A stretch of DNA of 41,896 nt from NCBI RefSeq assembly GCF_004010195.1, contig NC_057718.1, positions 65,167,663 to 65,209,558 of the forward strand, in the 5' to 3' direction. The notes under the pieces were generated by a model, which worked only from the letters and a program-made list of their open reading frames with translations, did no database searches and had not been told where the DNA came from. Source of the stretch: Chiloscyllium plagiosum. Lineage: Eukaryota. Position numbers and translations under genes: made by a program. Below are positions 36,586 to 41,896 of the stretch, one piece after another (the first letter of the stretch is position 1; each line of letters starts with the position of its first letter).

Positions 36586-36960
36586 CAAAGCACTACGGAA
36601 CTTGGAGATCTGAAATAAAAACAGAAAGTGCTGGAGAAATTCAGCAGCACCTGAGGAATGAGAAATAAATTTAATGTTTTGAATCCAATACCGCTGACAG
36701 GAGCTGGAAAATGTTGCCCTTTATGATGTTGATAAAGAGGGAGGAAAAGTGAGTGGAACTGATGGTAAGGGTACCCATAGAAAAGAAAAGGGGAGCACTA
36801 AGTAGAAGGAGGAGAGATATAGATGCAAAATAGGGTTAATGAATAGCAGAAAATAAGTCAGCTTTGCTGAGAGCAAAGACATTCAGCCAAGACATGGTGG
36901 GGTGAAGAGCCGGAAAGGAGTGGAATCAGGGATATATCAGAGCTCAATAACTGGAGCCTA
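36586..36960 (-). mobile_element. Decayed Penelope-like 3' end
   Basis: GAAATAAAAACAGAAAGTGCTGGAGAAATTCAGCAG is similar to the reverse complement of 4165-4197. Confidence 0.5.
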
Positions 36961-37213
36961 GAATTCTAGAGACACTCTGTGTTCGTGTGAAGGATGGGGC
37001 AGTGGTGCTCTGCTCAGATCAGGTCAGGGGTGAGGCTGGGGGTTGCAGGAAAGTTGTTTTCAGTTCAAGGATGGTGGAGGGAGGTGGACTAAGGCTGGAG
37101 ATCAGGTCTGAAACAGCACAGTGACACCTGATTTCTGTCACCAGCCCAACATCTATGAGGTGCTTTTGGCCATCAACAAACAACAGAATTGTATTTCACC
37201 ACAATACAATTCT

Positions 37214-37465
37214 GGGCGGCACGGTGGCACAGTGGTTAGCACTGCTGCCTCACAACGCCAGAGACCCGGGTTCAATTCCCACCTCAGGCGACTGACTGTG
37301 TGGAGTTTGCACGTTCTCCCCGTGTCTGCGTGGGTTTCCTCCGGGTGCTCCGGTTTCCTCCCACAGTCTAGGGGTATGGGTGGGTTTCGCTTCGGCGGGT
37401 CGGTGTGGACTTGTTGGGCCGAAGGGCCTGTTTCCACACTGTAATGTAATCTAATCTAAAAAAAA
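37214..37465 (+). mobile_element. HE1-type SINE with internal deletion
   Basis: Same head and tail as 18617; lacks ~70 bp after CCCACAGTC. Confidence 0.92.
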
Positions 37466-37469
37466 CAAT

Positions 37470-38225
37470 ATGTCACCTCATGGCCCAGCATTTTCCTTAC
37501 TGTACCACTCCAATCAAGACAGAGTGAAGGAATGCAACATGCCAGGAACAGCACTAGACACACCTAAAATGAGATGACAACTGCAACATAGCCTCACAGG
37601 CATGTCAAAGAACAGAAACAGCACATTTTAAATTGGGTTAAGTAATCCAACAACCAATGGATCAGATCAAAATTCTGCAGTCCTGCCACATCCAGCCAGG
37701 AATGCCAAGGGGATAATCCTCCTTGGTCTCCTCCTGAAGTCAACAAGATCACAGATGCCAGTTTTCAGCCCACCCGATTCACTCCATGTAATATTAATAA
37801 ATCACTGTATGAACTGGATGCACCAAAATTTGACAACATCCCAGCTTAAGCCTTGACCTCCATAAACGGAGACACCTGAGCTAAGCTATTACATTAAAAT
37901 TCGAACATTAGCATGTGCCCCAACTATGTCCTGTTGACTGATAATAGAAGAAATCCAATCCAGCCAGGCAGTACACTCTCAATCAGTATGGTCATAAAGG
38001 ATGTCTTCATCAGGTGACCTTTACTCATAAATAGCCTTCTCATCAATGCTTAGTTTGAGTTCTGCCAAAGCCACTCACCTCTTTTCATCATTACAACATT
38101 TCTCCAATTATAGACAAAACAGCTGCATTTCAGAGGTGAGGTGAGAATGTTCTTGAAGGCAGTACTTAAGTAAGTGTGATATTAAGAAGGAAAGTTGGGG
38201 TCAGTAGGATTCAGAGGGAAAGTTT
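37470..38225 (+). mobile_element. Decayed LINE RT fragment (CR1/L2-related, different family)
   Basis: Frameshifted RT N-terminal motifs, including a QFGFR-like A*FEFCQSHS at ~38050. Confidence 0.5.
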
Positions 38226-38756
38226 CTTGACTAGTCTAGCCTGTCCACACAGTCTTAAAAAGGACAGCCTCAAAAACATGTCCACTATAGCAGGGTGAAT
38301 GAGGACTTAAGCCCCTGAGTAAGAGAATGAGCCCTGAAATTGCACTTGGGGTAGGAGGAAGCTTTCCTCAGCCGGGTAGCATAAAAGGGGAGATTCAGGA
38401 TAGTAAAGGGTTGTTCAGAGATTTTGGGAGATGAAGAGTTACATGTCATAGAGTAGAATCCTCCCTTCCATGGAGTGACCTGTACAATGGCAAGAAAGAT
38501 GTGAAAATATGACAAGAATGAAAAAAGACCAGATTTGAAAGTTGAAGAAATATTATTGTAATTCTCCCCTTAAGGCTTAAATAGCAGCGTTGAATATAAC
38601 AATTGACCAGCAACTATCTTATTTCTGTATGTTGCATGTCATTAAATCCTAAGTCATCTTATTTAAATCACACTTGCAATTCTCTTCTCCTCCCTTGAAA
38701 AACTAGACGTTGTGAATTCTTGACATGTAAATCAGAACAGGCACCTGTTAACTGCA

Positions 38757-38839
38757 TTCTAGATCAGTGGTGCTGGAAGAGCACAGCAATTCAGGCAGCA
38801 TCCGAAGACAGGCAAAATCGACGTTTCGGGCAAAAGCCC
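38757..38839 (-). mobile_element. 83-bp Penelope pLTR insertion flanked by a perfect 46-bp direct repeat
   Basis: 38711-38756 = 38840-38885; insert reverse complement GGGCTTTTGCCCGAAACGTCGATT...CAGCACCACTGATCTAGAA. Confidence 0.9.
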
Positions 38840-40029
38840 TGTGAATTCTTGACATGTAAATCAGAACAGGCACCTGTTAACTGCAGTTTACCGATTGTAT
38901 GTCCCAGACATTGGGTACCTGCTTCTCCTGAGGTGCATCCCTGCAGGCTCATAGTCACCACTCTCCCTTAAACTTCATCGACGTAACTCAGCATTGGAAG
39001 ACCACCAGCTTCACCACATCATGCCTGCTCTCAGACCAACTCACATATCACTTCAGGCCTTCAACATTTACATTGGAACTCAATGATACCAATGACTACT
39101 ACCAGGTCTCATTGCATGCAGGGACACCCACACATCTCATGCATTTGCACATAATGCTTTGCGCTCACTTGCATCAAATGGCTTGTTTTCTTTCTACGTG
39201 TTCACTCAATTTACTACTTACTTGTAAGCTACAATCCATTATATATGTTGCTGTCTTAGTGCACACTCACGGGCTTTAACACTGACTTATAGGCTGCTAG
39301 CCTACCTGTTCATCATATTGCTTTCTTAAACCACAATGTCTTTAATGCTCAGCTGCAGGTGGTTTTGTGGCTTGCATTGCTTTTTCATGCAGAGGGAGAG
39401 GCAGGCAGCCTGTGACAGTCGGGAGACTGACCAGTCAATCTGTCTGTCAGATAAAGGTTGGGCATGAGATTGTATGTCACTGCATTATGTCAGTGACAGA
39501 CCCACAGCAGTCTATGCAGCAAACAAACAAAATGTGTTTCAAGCAAATAGCCATGTGAGTATGTCTTTAATGCAGAGAAAGGACTACAGTGAGTCAGGAA
39601 TACTGCCACAGCCACGCAAAGGGCCTGGCCAATGTTGATCAGGTGCATAGTCATACCAGAGACTGGGGCTCTGTCTGCTTCGTCCCAGTTGCCACGAGAA
39701 TTGAGGCATGGTCAATCCTGCAGGTTAAGGCAAGCAGTCTGGGGATTACAGGTAGGTTTGCATGAATCAAAGAAAGTGGTGAAGTATGGTGGAAGTGGAT
39801 AATAGAGCCATTTGTGAGAAGCAAGAGAGAAGATGAAGTGTTCTCACTGAGTAGAAAAAAGCACAGTGGGCAAGGAAGGTTAGTAGCTTGAGAGAATGAG
39901 GTAGATGAGAGCTGTTGAGTGGACATGATGCATGCAATCATTAGCCTTGGTGAGAGGTGTGGGCAGTAGCAGAGTGAGAGTGAGTGCTGGCTCTGTGACC
40001 GAAGGCAGCAGAGAGAAGATGGTGAAATC

Positions 40030-40255
40030 TTCCTTTGCAGAATGCAGAAGATCATTGACTTTCCTGCCGCACTGCTGAGCATCTTGCTTCTCCTGGGATA
40101 CAGCACTGGCCTGCCTGCAATCTGCATCCAGACTGACTGGGTCTTGTGGCATGGCCTCCTGAAGTGTTCTGCTGGGGAAAAAATCTGCCCTACTCTCCAC
40201 CACACCCTGTCCAGCAATACGTCCAGGTTCTTGTCTGTGAAGCAGGATATTCAAC
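40030..40255 (-). pseudogene. Harbinger Myb/SANT-like gene exon (second copy), frameshifted
   Basis: CFTDKNLDVLLDRV..VWMQIA..QASAVS..DAQQCGRKVNDLLHSAK. Confidence 0.7.
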
Positions 40256-40329
40256 AAGCTTTCCTTTCCTCTGGGCTATGTTTTGATGTCTAAAGTTGAA
40301 TACCTCAGAATGAAAATGGGAAGCCTTCA

Positions 40330-41896
40330 GAAATGAGATAACGAGAATCCAGAGAAAGTATGTTCCTGTCAGGGTGAAAGGAAAGGCTGGTAGGTATAGG
40401 GAATGCTGGATGACTAAAGAAATTGAGGGTTTGGTTAAGAAAAAGAAATAAGCATATGTCAGGTATAGACAGGATAGAAGAGTGTAAAGGAAGTAGGAGT
40501 ATACTTAAGAGGGAAATCAGGAGGGCAAAAAGGGGACATGAGATTGCTTTGGCAAATAGAATTAAGGAGAATCCAAAGAGTTTTTACAAATACATTAAGG
40601 ACAAAAGGGTAACCAGGGAGAGAATAGGGCCCCTCAAAGATCAGCAAGGCGGCCTTTGTGTGGAGCTGCAGAAAATGGGGGAGATACTAAATGAGTATTT
40701 TGCATCTTTATTTACTGTGGAAAAGGATATGGAAGATATAAAATGTAGGGAAATGGATGGGTGACATCTTGAAAAATGCCCATATTACAGAGGAAGAAGT
40801 GCTGGATGTCTTGAAATGCATAAAAGTGGATAAATCGCCAGCACCCGATCAGGTGTACCCTCGAACTCTGTGGGAAGCTAGAGTAGTGATTGCTGGGCCT
40901 CTTACCAAGATATTTGTATCATCGATAGTCACAGGTGAGGTGTGGAAGACTGGAGTTTGGCTAACATGGTGCCACTGTTTAAGAAGGGTGGTAAGGACAA
41001 GCCAGAGAACTATAGACCAGTGAGCCTGACGTCAGTGGTGGGCAAGTTGTTGGAGGGAATCCTCAGGGACAGGATGTACATGTATTTGGAAAGGCAAGGA
41101 CTGATCACGGATAGTCAACATGGCTTTGTGCGGGGGAAATCATGTCTCACAAACTTGGTTGAGTTTTTTGAGAAAATAACAAAAAAGATTGATGAAGGCA
41201 GAGCAGTAGATGTGATCTATATGGACTTCAGTAAGATGTTCGACAAGGTTCCCCATGGGAGACTGATTGGCAAGGTTAGATCTCATGGAATACAGGGAGA
41301 ACTAGCCATTTGGATATAGAACTGGCTCAAAGGTAGAAGACAGAGGGTGGTGGTGGAGGATTGTTTTTCAGACTGGAGGACTGTGACCAGTGGAGTGCCA
41401 CAAGGATCGGTGCTGGGTCCCCTACTTTTTATCATTTATATAAATGATTTGGATGTGAGCATAAGAGGTACAGTTAGTAAGTTTACAAATGACACCAAAA
41501 TTGGAGATTTAGTGGAGAGCGAAGAGGGTTACCTCAGATTACAACAGGATCTGGACCAAATGGGCCAATGGGCTGAGAAGTAGCAGATGGAGTTTAATTC
41601 AGATAAATCTTAGCAGGACTTGTACACTTCATGGTGAGGTCCTAGGGAGTGTTGCTGAACAAAGAGACCTTGGAGTGCAGGTTCATAGCTCCTTGAAAGT
41701 TTAGCTGCAGGTAGTAGGATAGTGAAGAAGGTGTTTGGTATGCTTTCCTTTATTGGTCAGAGTATTGAGTACAGGAGTTGGGAGATCATGTTGCAGTTGT
41801 ACAGGACATTGGTTAGGCCACTGTTGGAATATTGCGTGCAATTCTGGTCTCCTTCCTATCGGAAAGATGTTGTGAAACTTGAAAGGGTTCAGAAAA
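40330..41896 (+). mobile_element. CR1 (HER1-like) LINE ORF2, runs off the window end; frameshifts and stops
   Basis: [56 protein letters not shown]. Confidence 0.95.

Noticed and set aside
40330..41896. Active LINE or a novel reverse transcriptase system
   Set aside because: Ordinary CR1 ORF2 with frameshifts, stops and a mutated catalytic motif (FTND)

Overview
Repeat-saturated vertebrate genomic DNA, most likely from a shark or ray (inferred from HE1-type SINEs and HER1/CR1-type LINEs). It contains no prokaryotic genes, CRISPR arrays or RNA genes that I can support. Most ORFs in the track are decayed transposon sequence: CR1 LINE fragments (two with inversions, one chimeric) and at least three Penelope-like (RT + GIY-YIG) families carrying minimal hammerhead-ribozyme motifs. 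There is also a Gypsy integrase with PPT and LTR, a solo LTR, a two-gene PIF/Harbinger relic with nested insertions, and a Tigger-like MITE hosting an ORF2-less Tx1/L1-like element. The unique sequence probably holds a minus-strand host gene: the best exon is 1963-2133, with weaker phase-compatible candidates at 11706-11730, 14662-14739 and 25789-26237. The most interesting patterns are several 80-155 bp Penelope-end insertions whose 5' boundaries cluster inside the hammerhead motif, a 341-bp tandem dimer with two hammerheads, and a candidate exon built from a 32-bp/96-bp higher-order minisatellite. All calls are by eye, and many repeat boundaries are approximate.
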